64,000 nucleotides of DNA, taken from an uncultured Acidobacteriota bacterium. GTDB taxonomy: Bacteria > Acidobacteriota > Terriglobia > Acidiferrales > UBA7541. The notes beneath the pieces are model-generated. The model searched no databases. It saw nothing but the letters and a program-made list of their open reading frames with translations, and was not told the origin of the DNA. The position numbers and the translations under genes were made by a program. The DNA is taken from NCBI GenBank assembly GCA_963759485.1, contig CAVWZE010000002.1, positions 1,498,618-1,562,617 on the forward strand, given 5' to 3'. Shown here piece after piece: positions 9,969 to 19,623 of the stretch (the stretch's first letter is position 1; the number at the start of each line of letters is the position of its first letter).

Positions 9969-10547
9969 GTGACAATCGGCATAGTCGAATGGAAGGCGGT
10001 TTGTAATTCTATGTACGACCACGGCAACAAAAAGCATCCACGCGACATCACGGGCGGCAAGGCGGCGACTGGCGAGGCAGAACGGAGGAACGCGGACCGT
10101 CATTCCTTCACTGCATCCGCCGAAGTAATCGAACTCGGCTCCGGCGCTCGTTTTTCAACCCGCACAACCGACCTCGGACCCGGGGGATGCTTCGTCGACA
10201 CCATGGTTCCCTTCCCGGTAGGTGCTCAGGTGAAGGTTGCCGTCCGCAAGGACGAAACGCAATTCGACACGCGCGGAACGGTAGTTTATTCTCAGCACGG
10301 GCTGGGAATGGGCATCGCGTTCGACGCATTGGACACAACCCAGCGTGCGGCGCTCGATAACTGGCTCATGGAATTAACAGGCGCGCGGAAAGTGGCCTCG
10401 CGAGAAGCCGTGCAGACTGCCCGCGAGGGGTCCACCCCGATGGCTGGCAATTCGGCTGCTCTGGTCCGGCTGGTTCGGCTGATGATCGGGAAAGGGATCC
10501 TTACCGAGGCAGAGGGATCCTCCATTCTGTTTGACCCGGTACTCTAG
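9969..10547 (+). CDS. PilZ domain protein (start uncertain; ATG at 10011 is an alternative)
   Basis: ERRNADRHSF and TTDLGPGGCFV motifs, followed by GTVVYSQHGLGMGIAF as in PilZ beta-barrels. Confidence 0.65.
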   Translation: MTIGIVEWKAVCNSMYDHGNKKHPRDITGGKAATGEAERRNADRHSFTASAEVIELGSGARFSTRTTDLGPGGCFVDTMVPFPVGAQVKVAVRKDETQFDTRGTVVYSQHGLGMGIAFDALDTTQRAALDNWLMELTGARKVASREAVQTAREGSTPMAGNSAALVRLVRLMIGKGILTEAEGSSILFDPVL

Positions 10548-10769
10548 ATTTCCAAAGACAGGACGCCAAGCGACGGGATGCTGCTGCCATTGGGGCCGTA
10601 GGATCTTGAGGTTCAGAATGCAGATGTTTCCCGGTTCCGGAAAAAATTCCTTGTTCCGTGTCATTTCGGGGTACTACCTCTGATTTAACCCTTTTAATAT
10701 CAGCGGCACAATTGCTCAATAGGGCTGGCATTCCCCGTGCAACCTAAGACGATCATCAAGGGGGCACTC

Positions 10770-11114
10770 ATGGGTGAACGCAGGAAGGCCCGGAGGTACG
10801 AAGTATACTTGCCATTGCAGGTTTGCCGATCGCGCCGCCGCCCGGCAGAATTCTATACGGCTCATCTTCGCGACATCTCGCGGTCCGGTTTGTATTTCCA
10901 CTCAGAACAGGCAATCGATCCAGGCGCACCTGTTGAACTCACGTTCGCCCTGCCCGCGGACAAGGACCGAGGCGCGTCGGTTCTGGTTCGAGCCAGCGCC
11001 AAAGCTCTGCGTGTATCGCAGCTTTCCGGGGAAGTCGCGCCGATCTACGGAGTGGCTGTCACGATTGACCGAATCGATTTTGTCCGGCCCGTCGCTTCCC
11101 ACGCAGCAGCCTAG
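10770..11114 (+). CDS. PilZ domain protein (stand-alone)
   Basis: ORF 10737..11114. Canonical ERRKARRYEV and LRDISRSGLYF. I prefer the ATG at 10770, preceded by AAGGGGG. Confidence 0.7.
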   Translation: MGERRKARRYEVYLPLQVCRSRRRPAEFYTAHLRDISRSGLYFHSEQAIDPGAPVELTFALPADKDRGASVLVRASAKALRVSQLSGEVAPIYGVAVTIDRIDFVRPVASHAAA

Positions 11115-11215
11115 TGGTCCCCTTGCGGCGAACGAGTGTAGGCCCGCCGAATTTCTGTTTTGAAATATGGAGTGGTGACGAGGAATCTTGATTTAAGATT
11201 CCACACGGCACCAAA

Positions 11216-11584
11216 ATGCGTCCGCCTTCCGAAAAACCACTTCGTATCTCCTCCGAGTCCGCGACTACAACTGAGCTGGAGCTTGATGTATTGCGGGCAC
11301 TTTGCACCAGGCCGGGAAGCGATCCCGCGTACGCAAAGCTAGCCAATGAACTTAAGGAGTATCACTGGAAACGTACCGACCATCGAGTGATCTACGAGGC
11401 TCTGATCAAAACAAATGCTGCGGATATTGAAACGCTGCGGCGGGAGCTTGCCGCTGCAATCACTCGGATGGGATTTCCTGATATCGACTTGGATCGATTC
11501 TTCCCTGCGAACGCCACAGCTGTCCCGCCAGATCGTATTTTGGAATTACTCCGCGAACTGAGAGCTGGAGTTTCCGGGCACTAA
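11216..11584 (+). CDS. Hypothetical protein with faint DnaB N-terminal-domain-like pattern
   Basis: 122-aa ORF. ELDVLRALC...LKEYHWKRTDHRVIYEALIK loosely resembles the DnaB_N pattern. Weak evidence. Confidence 0.3.
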   Translation: MRPPSEKPLRISSESATTTELELDVLRALCTRPGSDPAYAKLANELKEYHWKRTDHRVIYEALIKTNAADIETLRRELAAAITRMGFPDIDLDRFFPANATAVPPDRILELLRELRAGVSGH

Positions 11585-11925
11585 GCAGCCTCGCAATCTG
11601 ATTCGAGGAGCAAGCCCGGGAAAGCTGGAGCGGCAGACAGCGGCTGCAAGCTGCCTCTCCACACGTACGCTCGACCCGGTCATCGAGACGGATGGCGGGC
11701 GCGTAGCCAAGGATGTTCGACGGCTACAGCATGCTGTGCCCGTACGAAGAAAAACATAGGCGCACCGTTGCCCGCGAGGAGGCGCATTGGCGATCGACGA
11801 GACGTCCTTCGACTGCGTTTGCGCGCCAGCGCAAAACGCGGGAAGCAAAAAGGCGAGCAACTTCGCTCAGGATGACGGCGCAAGCGAAAGGCCGGGTGTT
11901 GCGAAGGCAAAATCGGGAACGACGA

Positions 11926-12834
11926 CTACAATTTGAAAGATGTGAGCTTCGAAAATAGGCGTGCGCGCGCGGTGATCTCCGCACGCTTGACCTTGGCAAG
12001 TCGCTCGACACCGAAACGTTCCACCGTGAAGCTGGCCAGCACGGAACCATACACCATGGCAGAACGCAACGTCTGCTCGTTGATCCGGCCTTTGCCCGCG
12101 ATATAGCCCATGAATCCTCCGGCAAAAGTGTCGCCGGCGCCGGTTGGATCAAATACTTCCTCAAGAGGATATGCGGGAACGGAAAATACGAAGTCTTTGT
12201 GCACCATGATGGCGCCATTCTCCCCGCGTTTGATAATCATGGTCTTCGGACCCATCTTGAAAACCAGCTTGGCGGCTCGGAACAGATTGTGTTCCCCGGC
12301 AAGCTGTCGCGTCTCGTCTTCGTTGATCATGAGAATGCCCACGTGCTTGAGCGTTTTGCGCAGTTCTTCGGGAGTCCCGGAAATCCAATAGTTCATGGTA
12401 TCGAGGCCTACGATTTTCGGTTTGGGCCGCACCTGCTCGAGGACGGAGCGCTGCAACGTCGGGTCAATGTTGCCAAGAAATACGTACGGTGAATCGGCAA
12501 AAGACTTCGGCAGCGTGGGGCGGAAGGTAGCGAACACGTTGAGGTCGGTCACCAGCGTGGTGCGCTCGTTCATATTCTGGCTGTACTTGCCGGCCCAAAA
12601 AAATGACTTGCCCTTGGCGTGCTCGAGCCCAGCGAGATCGATCTTTCGGCCTCGAAAAACCGCCTCGTCCTTGACCGTGAAATCCTCGCCCACTACGCCG
12701 ACAAGTCGCACAGGGGCAAAATGGCTGGCCGCAAGGGCGAAGTAGGTTCCCGTGCCTCCGAGCGTTCGATCAACCTTCCCAAACGGCGTTTCGATTCCAT
12801 CAAATGCAACCGATCCGACGACCAGCAGTGACAT
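11926..12834 (-). CDS. PfkB-family carbohydrate/nucleoside kinase
   Basis: Intact 302-aa ORF. C-terminal DPTGAGDTFAGGF motif and N-terminal GG dipeptide region. Confidence 0.85.
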   Translation of the reverse strand: MSLLVVGSVAFDGIETPFGKVDRTLGGTGTYFALAASHFAPVRLVGVVGEDFTVKDEAVFRGRKIDLAGLEHAKGKSFFWAGKYSQNMNERTTLVTDLNVFATFRPTLPKSFADSPYVFLGNIDPTLQRSVLEQVRPKPKIVGLDTMNYWISGTPEELRKTLKHVGILMINEDETRQLAGEHNLFRAAKLVFKMGPKTMIIKRGENGAIMVHKDFVFSVPAYPLEEVFDPTGAGDTFAGGFMGYIAGKGRINEQTLRSAMVYGSVLASFTVERFGVERLAKVKRAEITARARLFSKLTSFKL

Positions 12835-12926
12835 GAGGTCTCCAAGTTTTTAGCGGACCGCCCTGCGGTTCCGCATTTTGACAAAGGACAGGTACCCGCT
12901 CCAAAAGCGATTGCGAGTAGATTCCC

Positions 12927-13826
12927 CTATGAAATGTATTTGCCGGCAATCGGCGCGAGGCGTTTTTTTGCCGAGGCCGGAATCGCCTTCCGATCGGTAA
13001 GGATCGCGTGCGCGAGCGCGGACCCGCACTTGCAATCGCGGTCATTTCCGAGAACACGGACGGCTTCCCGGATGGTGCGCTGCACGTTGTCCGAATTTTT
13101 CGCCATGTTGGAAATAATCTCTTCGAGCGTTACCGAGTCGTGTTCTGGGTGCCAGCAATCATAATCGGTGATCAAAGCGAAGGTAGCGTAGCAAAGTTCG
13201 GCCTCCCGGGCGAGCTTTGCTTCGGTGACTCCAGTCATTCCGATCACGTCAAAACGCAGCTGCCGGTAGGTATGTGACTCGGCGAGCGTGGAAAACTGCG
13301 GCCCTTCCATGCAGACGTACGTCCCGCCGCGGTGGACTTTCACTCCGGCGCGATCGCAGGCGTCGGCTAGCTGGGCGGAAAGCCGCGGGCAGGTGGGCTT
13401 ATCGAATCCCACATGCGCGACGACTCCGCCGCCGAAAAATGTGGCCGTTCGTCCTCGCGTGCGGTCGAAAAACTGATTGGGGATCAGAAAATCGAGAGGC
13501 GGAAGATCGTCGCGGAGAGAACCAACGGCGCTCACGGAAATGATGCGCTCCACGCCAAGCATCTTCATCGCGCAAATGTTCGCGCGATAATTGATCTCGC
13601 TAGGCGACAGACGATGCCCGCGCCCGTGCCGCGAAAGGAATGCCACCCGGCGGCCCTCCAGCGTCCCGATCACCACCGCATCCGATGGCTCGCCGAATGG
13701 CGTCTTTACGCGCATTTCCCGCGTTTCCGTCAGACCTGCCATGTGATAAAGCCCGCTGCCGCCGATGATGCCTGTGGTGACCGGCTCTCCCTTGGCGCTT
13801 CTCTTCCCTTTCTTCGTTTTCGGCAT
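12927..13826 (-). CDS. mtnP: S-methyl-5'-thioadenosine phosphorylase
   Basis: IIGGSGLY...FLSRHGRGH...NYRANICAMKMLGV...GTYVCMEGPQFST...MTGVTEAKLAREAELCYA, typical of MTAP. Confidence 0.9.
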   Translation of the reverse strand: MPKTKKGKRSAKGEPVTTGIIGGSGLYHMAGLTETREMRVKTPFGEPSDAVVIGTLEGRRVAFLSRHGRGHRLSPSEINYRANICAMKMLGVERIISVSAVGSLRDDLPPLDFLIPNQFFDRTRGRTATFFGGGVVAHVGFDKPTCPRLSAQLADACDRAGVKVHRGGTYVCMEGPQFSTLAESHTYRQLRFDVIGMTGVTEAKLAREAELCYATFALITDYDCWHPEHDSVTLEEIISNMAKNSDNVQRTIREAVRVLGNDRDCKCGSALAHAILTDRKAIPASAKKRLAPIAGKYIS

Positions 13827-13841
13827 CCACGCTCCTGAACT

Positions 13842-14678
13842 TCAGTCGATTTGCGCAGGCTCGGCTTCCCAAGTTCCATCCCTCTCGCGGAGATAGGCTG
13901 CCGGCACGCGCGCGTCGTGTCCAAAAAGCGCGAGCCAGCCTCCGCGAATCACCTGCGGAACCCAGCGCTTCTTGTTCTCAAGCGTCGTCATGGGGTAAAG
14001 ATCGTAACCCATAATCCACGGAAGAGGCAGATGCGCGGTGGTGGGAATCAAGTCCGCGAAAAAGAAGGCGGTCTTGCCGCCGCCAGTGAGTTTCAGGCAC
14101 TGCATGTGCGCGGTATGACCAGGGACCACGATAAGCTCGACGCCCGGCACGATGGCATGGTCGCCTTCGACCAGCGACAGCATCCCGGCGGATTCCAGGG
14201 GAACATAGTTTTCTTCAAAATAGCTGGCGCGGTCGCGCTCGTTGGGATTTTTCCCGTGGTCGAATTCTCCGCGTTGCACGACATAGCGGGCGTTGGGAAA
14301 AACGGGTAGCACTTTTCCTTTTTCTGCAAACGTATTGCCTCCGCAGTGGTCGAAGTGGAGATGCGTGTTCACAACGATGTCGATATCCTCCGGCCGCAAA
14401 TCGTAATCGCGAAGACCATCCAGAAGACTGGACCTCTCAATTCCGTAAATGTCCTTCAACTTGCTGTTCCATTTGTCACCCGCGCCGGTTTCTACGAGGA
14501 TGCGCTTGCCTCCAGCGTGAATCAGGAGGCAGTTCATGGCGAGGGTGATGCGGTTGCGCGCGTCGGGCGATATTTTTTTCTCCCAGAGGGTGCGAGGGAT
14601 CACGCCGAACATCGCCCCGCCGTCGAGCATCACGTGCCCGGCGCAAATGATGTGAAATTCGATGTCGCCGAGCTTCAT
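13842..14678 (-). CDS. MBL-fold metallo-hydrolase
   Basis: ORF 13842..14774. VNTHLHFDHCGGN motif. Likely start is MKLGDIEFHII at 14678. Confidence 0.8.
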   Translation of the reverse strand: MKLGDIEFHIICAGHVMLDGGAMFGVIPRTLWEKKISPDARNRITLAMNCLLIHAGGKRILVETGAGDKWNSKLKDIYGIERSSLLDGLRDYDLRPEDIDIVVNTHLHFDHCGGNTFAEKGKVLPVFPNARYVVQRGEFDHGKNPNERDRASYFEENYVPLESAGMLSLVEGDHAIVPGVELIVVPGHTAHMQCLKLTGGGKTAFFFADLIPTTAHLPLPWIMGYDLYPMTTLENKKRWVPQVIRGGWLALFGHDARVPAAYLRERDGTWEAEPAQID

Positions 14679-14740
14679 CTGGCCCCCGACCACAGTGCTT
14701 CGCAATTGAAAAGACGAGCCAACAAAATTAGCAGGCGAGG

Positions 14741-14977
14741 ATGGAAAGTTCAAACTGCCGTTTGCAATCTTCAATGAGGACTTACGCCATCAACGTCTGG
14801 ATGGTGAATTTTCGAGTCCGGGATCCCGACAAAATGGCAGCACAGCTACGAACTGCGGAAATCGAGATCAAGATTGACCCGAAGTCCTATTCCAACGGAC
14901 GGTTTGCCCGCCTGTACGACCCCGAGGGGAATCCGACCAAATTGTGGCAGCCCGCGGGACCAAACGCTCCACGCTAG
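14741..14977 (+). pseudogene. Possible C-terminal remnant of a VOC/glyoxalase-family gene
   Basis: FRVRDPDKMAAQLRTAEIEIKIDPKSYSNGRFARLYDPEGNPTKLWQP resembles the last half of a VOC domain. No N-terminal half is present. Confidence 0.3.
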
Positions 14978-15006
14978 GGTAGTGAGCAGCTCAGGATTAT
15001 TGGGAC

Positions 15007-17298
15007 CTAGTGCCAGGGGATCTCGACGTTGCTGCTGCGCCATTCCCATCCCATATTATCCTCCGTGAAAATCAACCGATGGCCTAATCGGGCATTGAGC
15101 GAGTCAGCATACTCCATTCCCAGGAATCTGGGCGCCTCTTTCACCGTGTCCGCGAACATCGAATATACTCCCAGCATGCGCATGGCTTCCGGATTTTGCG
15201 GGTCGAAAACAGGGGTCCCGTCGATCTTGTATTGTCTTAGAACGTCCAGCCAGTGCTGTTTGTCTACGACGATTGGCGAGTCGCTCACGGCAAGGAAATT
15301 GATCACTCTCAAGCCATAAGGAAAAACGTGGAGTCCCGTGGCGATCGCATCGTCTGATTCGGTTGTGTTGAAAAAATAGACGCCTCCCGGGTTCAGGTGC
15401 TTCCGAACAAGTTGGAGGAACTCGACGGAAAGCAGATGGGAGCTGTGATCCCGCCAGTAATACGAGTCGTTCGCAACGATGGCATCGTATCGCATCTCCG
15501 GATGTGCGGTTAACCATCGCCGTGCGTCACCAATAAAAATGTGCACCTTGGGATTCTTCAGCAACGAACGGACCGAAGGGTATTCGGGAATCAACTGCAA
15601 ATCGCCCGGATTAATCTCGACGACGTCCATCGATTCCAATTGCGGAAGGTTCGCGATGACCTGAGCCCACGACCCCGAGGCCAGTCCGAGCACAAAAACT
15701 CTCTTCGGCGAGGGGGCGAAGGACGAAAGAGCGTAAGGCCGAATGATGAAATTGACCTCATCGGTTGGATCGGTGTTGAAATTTCCGTCGTAAACGCCGC
15801 CGCCGAAAAGCGCTGCGTCTTGGGTTACGGCGATAATGCCGTTTCGATTTTCGACCACACGCGCAAAGGGCACACTCGCCTCCGGCCGAGTGCCAAAGAT
15901 GAGCCGTTCGAAGAGCAAGGAATGAGTTCTACCCCCCCATACCATCAAAGCTATGGCCGCGACGGTGACACCGGCCAACCAGACTGGCAGAATGCGAAAC
16001 TTGCCGCGCGCAAGAAACTGAATCACAGTGCCGCAAACTACAGCTGCGAAACCCAATTGAAGAGATACCTGCCGTAGACCGAAATGGTTCATCAGTACGA
16101 ACCCGATTCCAAAACTCCCCAGCGCTGAACCAAGAATGTTCGAGAGGTAGACGAGACTCACGTTCCGCCCTGCCTTTTCGTCCGCTGAAACAGCAGCCTG
16201 ACAGGTGAGCGGCAGCACAGCCCCCATCAAGGCGGCGGTCAGAAAGAAAGCAGGGGCACTCCAGAGGAACGGAATGCCTTTGGCCATGAAGTTGGCAACC
16301 AGAGACGGCAGATATACAGAGACGGTTCCGGCCGCAAGCATCAATAATCCGATGACGCGCAAAATCGTACCGGTTCCCTTATTTTCGGTAAGCTTTTCGA
16401 TGATAAAGGAACCGGCAGCAATGCCCCCGAGGTAAGTCGAGAGCAAAAGGGCGAACGCCGGGGCTCGATCAGAAGATGCAAGAGAGAGTACCCGAAACCA
16501 CGCGATCTCAAATCCCAGAGCCGTGAAACCGGAGAGACCAGTAATTGACATTGCTATCCAAAGCGGAATTGGCCAATCAATTGGTTTTCGGGGAACCGCA
16601 GCGGTTTCCTGGGCCGCGGGCCCCTTGCTCCTTGCGTAAAGAAAGGCTGTAGCGCCAACCACCGTGTTAACAATCGCCGCCAGCGTCGTCGATCCGGTCT
16701 CCCCGAAATCGCGAAGCAAGAATGTAGCGGAGAGCGCGCAGGCGGTTGCGGAACCGAACGTGTTTACGAAATACAGTGTCGCCACCGAATATCCGACGCG
16801 ACCGGAAGACCGCACCAAATGTTCTACGAGCAGCGGCAGTGTGGCGCCCATCAATACTGTCGGGACGATTAGTAGCAAGAGGCTAAAGACGACCGTACGG
16901 GGCAGGCTTGCCCCAGCGGAGAAGGCTGCCGCCCAGCGGAAGATAGGAAGCGAAAAAAGTCCAAAGACCGCGGTTCCCAATTCCGCAACGGCGAATAAGA
17001 CAATGCCATGGCGTGGGAATCGAGCGGATAGTTTGCCTCCAATGATCGCCCCGATTCCCAGACCCAGCATGAAGGCGCTCACAATGACTGCTACCGATTC
17101 CGCGTTTACGCCATAAATGGCAAATAACGCCCGTTCCCAAACGATCTGGTAAACCAACGCCGGCATCCCCGAGCAGAAGAAGAGAAAGCTAAGAAGCAAT
17201 GCATCGGGCGTTCGGCTCGCTTTGTCGAACAGGAAAACTGCAGAAAGCAAAACGAAGAAGTTGAATCCAAGCAGCGCGAAAACTGGGGCTGTGGCCAT
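15007..17298 (-). CDS. Fused polytopic membrane domain / spermidine synthase-like methyltransferase-fold protein
   Basis: ORF 15007..17583. Likely start is MATAPVFALLGF at 17298. About 500 aa of hydrophobic helices, then VFVLGLASGSW...VVEINPG...IGDARRWL...YDAIVAND...LNPGGVYFFN. Confidence 0.7.
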   Translation of the reverse strand: MATAPVFALLGFNFFVLLSAVFLFDKASRTPDALLLSFLFFCSGMPALVYQIVWERALFAIYGVNAESVAVIVSAFMLGLGIGAIIGGKLSARFPRHGIVLFAVAELGTAVFGLFSLPIFRWAAAFSAGASLPRTVVFSLLLLIVPTVLMGATLPLLVEHLVRSSGRVGYSVATLYFVNTFGSATACALSATFLLRDFGETGSTTLAAIVNTVVGATAFLYARSKGPAAQETAAVPRKPIDWPIPLWIAMSITGLSGFTALGFEIAWFRVLSLASSDRAPAFALLLSTYLGGIAAGSFIIEKLTENKGTGTILRVIGLLMLAAGTVSVYLPSLVANFMAKGIPFLWSAPAFFLTAALMGAVLPLTCQAAVSADEKAGRNVSLVYLSNILGSALGSFGIGFVLMNHFGLRQVSLQLGFAAVVCGTVIQFLARGKFRILPVWLAGVTVAAIALMVWGGRTHSLLFERLIFGTRPEASVPFARVVENRNGIIAVTQDAALFGGGVYDGNFNTDPTDEVNFIIRPYALSSFAPSPKRVFVLGLASGSWAQVIANLPQLESMDVVEINPGDLQLIPEYPSVRSLLKNPKVHIFIGDARRWLTAHPEMRYDAIVANDSYYWRDHSSHLLSVEFLQLVRKHLNPGGVYFFNTTESDDAIATGLHVFPYGLRVINFLAVSDSPIVVDKQHWLDVLRQYKIDGTPVFDPQNPEAMRMLGVYSMFADTVKEAPRFLGMEYADSLNARLGHRLIFTEDNMGWEWRSSNVEIPWH

Positions 17299-17596
17299 GA
17301 CCGAAATACAGTGTCTCTCGAACGATGGCCGAATTGGTACGTCGGGCGCGTCAGTGATTGTCGCGTTAGTACTTGAGGTGAGTACTTTGACGTGTACCCG
17401 CAGCGCGTTTACCGGGGACTGACATAGAAACTTTATGGATGCGAGGTTGAGGTTTGGGGTGCGGGGTAACGATACATTGGCCGTGGAGAGCCGCCAAATG
17501 GGTAGTAACTGATTGACGCACAGGCGTTGATTTGGCGGGTACTCCCCGGGGTGGCGCGTTTTATATTGTGTCTCAAACAGCACACAGAGGGAAAAC

Positions 17597-18973
17597 GTGT
17601 CAAACAGCTCACTTGCAGTTCATTCCGGATCGAAAACGCGGCGCAGTACTCGCGTCAACCGCGCCATTCAACTCGCTGTGGAGGGCGTGGACTCGTTCCG
17701 CGGCCCTTACCACGAGGAAGTATCGACCATAACTGTCAATGCCCACGGCTGCATGTACGAATCGAACCACGAGGTGTTGAATAACGCCTTCGTCGTGCTG
17801 CAATTGAACGGCAAAGATTCGAAGCCGGTTTCCGCTCGCGGCCATGTGAAATGGACGCAGCGCCCGGTTCAAACCGGCGGCCTCCACCTGACTGCGATCG
17901 AACTCGACGCGCCCGGCAACATCTGGGGCATCGATTCGCCGCCCGGCGATTGGCTGCCCTTTTGCGGCCCTCTCAATCCCGAACCCGAGCCCAAACCGAA
18001 GGCGGTGGCGGTTCTCCGGCCGGAGACAACTTCCGTGGCGAAGGAGGAGCGCGGCAAAGGAGCGTCCGTCTCGCCGCAATCTTCCGGCGGAAGGCCGCTC
18101 GGCCAGTTAATCGGCGGTTTTCAGCAACAGATGGAAGCGATGCTCTCCGACGCGGCGGAAGCCGTTGTTCGGGATAAAGCAGACGATCTGCTCAGCGGGA
18201 TGCGCGCCGCCCTCCGGGAAGAGGCGGAGCGAATCGTCGGCGAAGTTATTTCGGCGCAGACCGGCCCATGGATCGATCGCTCTCTCAAGCACTTGAGCCA
18301 GGCCGGCGAACGAACCGTGCAAGCGCGCCACGCCGAATGGACCAAGAAAATCGAAACCGAACTTCAGGAGGCTCTCACTTCGGTGGAAACTCGCAATCGC
18401 GAACTGGAGGAGGTTTCCACGACGCTGACGGCCATGGCCCAAAGCCGGCTTCAGGGATTCCTCGATAGTTCCCGCAAGGACGCAGTGGATCGCATCATCG
18501 CCCGCCTGAAGCAAGAGTCGGGTCCGGTGATCGATCATGCTCGCCAGGTGGTAGCGGATCTGACCAAACGCCAAGAGGACTTCGAAACGCTTTGCCGGCA
18601 GTCTGTGGAGCACTCCGCTGCACGGCTCGAAGAAACGTGCGCTCGGCTGGACAAGCGGCTCGAAACGATTGTTCAGAAGGGCCTCGATAGCGCTCGCCAG
18701 GAAATTGATCGCGCCGTCACCGCCGCTGCGGACTCGGCTCTCCAGACCGTTCGAACTTCGGCCCAGCAGGAGGAGACAGAAACCCAAGCCCGCCTAAAGG
18801 GCGCGTTGGAGCCTGTCGCCGAAGGCGCTCTGGCATCCTTGAAAGAAAAGGCGGCGGAGATATCGCGTCAATTCGCTGCGGAAATGTCGCGACACAGCCG
18901 CAGCCATCTCGAATTTGTCAGCGGCGCGATTTCTCAGCTGGCTCAGGGAATCGGAAAACTGTCCAAGGAATAG
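17597..18973 (+). CDS. PilZ-like N-terminal domain protein with long helical/coiled-coil C-terminal region
   Basis: KTRRSTRVNRAIQL ... TITVNAHGCMY is a degenerate PilZ signature. About 300 aa of Ala/Glu/Arg/Leu-rich helical sequence follows. Confidence 0.5.
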   Translation: MSNSSLAVHSGSKTRRSTRVNRAIQLAVEGVDSFRGPYHEEVSTITVNAHGCMYESNHEVLNNAFVVLQLNGKDSKPVSARGHVKWTQRPVQTGGLHLTAIELDAPGNIWGIDSPPGDWLPFCGPLNPEPEPKPKAVAVLRPETTSVAKEERGKGASVSPQSSGGRPLGQLIGGFQQQMEAMLSDAAEAVVRDKADDLLSGMRAALREEAERIVGEVISAQTGPWIDRSLKHLSQAGERTVQARHAEWTKKIETELQEALTSVETRNRELEEVSTTLTAMAQSRLQGFLDSSRKDAVDRIIARLKQESGPVIDHARQVVADLTKRQEDFETLCRQSVEHSAARLEETCARLDKRLETIVQKGLDSARQEIDRAVTAAADSALQTVRTSAQQEETETQARLKGALEPVAEGALASLKEKAAEISRQFAAEMSRHSRSHLEFVSGAISQLAQGIGKLSKE

Positions 18974-19008
18974 GCGGACCCCTTTCAGGGCCGTTCCCAG
19001 GCGGAGCG

Positions 19009-19623
19009 ATGGAAGGTCAAATCGAAGCGGTGGGCCTCCTACTACTGGCAGCCGGCAATATTTCATGCAGCGTTGAATCCTGCGAAGATGTTGTCTCCGC
19101 AGAAGTCGATTCGCGCCTCTTTTGCCTCAATCATTTCCTTTCAGATTCGTTCCAGGAACTGCAAGCGCGCCACAAACGCTTGCTGCAGAAGCCGGACGCC
19201 ACGGCCGCTGGCGCTTTCAAGGAATTCCTGGCGCAATGGGCGCGCCAAGCCGAGGACCTTGCTGACGATGGGCGCCTCGCGGATCAGCAGATGAAAACGC
19301 GTCTTCAAGATGTTCTCGCGTGGATATCTTCAACGGGCAAGTCTCTCAGGCGAAGCTCCCGCACGGCCACCGCGGTGCCCGTCTGGCTGCGCCGCGAGGA
19401 TCCCCGCCGAACGTGGGAAGAAGATACTTGGACCTCCACGCTGAGCCGCCACGGCGCTGGTTTCGTATGCCGCCATCCGGTTGAAAAGGGCGGAATGGTT
19501 ATACTGACGCGCAAAGACAAGGGCGGCCGCGCGTCAGCCCGCGTGGTCTATTCTCGTATTGACTCCGAAGGCCAGCGCCAGATCGGCGTCGAACTCGTCG
19601 ATCGCGACGACTTCTGGGATTAG
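19009..19623 (+). CDS. Cys-rich N-terminal domain + C-terminal PilZ domain protein
   Basis: LRRSSRTATAV ... TSTLSRHGAGFV ... ARVVYSRIDSEGQRQIGVEL. N-terminus has CSVESC...CLNH. Confidence 0.55.
   Translation: MEGQIEAVGLLLLAAGNISCSVESCEDVVSAEVDSRLFCLNHFLSDSFQELQARHKRLLQKPDATAAGAFKEFLAQWARQAEDLADDGRLADQQMKTRLQDVLAWISSTGKSLRRSSRTATAVPVWLRREDPRRTWEEDTWTSTLSRHGAGFVCRHPVEKGGMVILTRKDKGGRASARVVYSRIDSEGQRQIGVELVDRDDFWD

Noticed and set aside
17299-17583. N-terminal 95-aa extension of the membrane/spermidine-synthase-like ORF
   Set aside because: The extension has no hydrophobic or conserved character. The internal ATG at 17298 starts directly with a TM helix.
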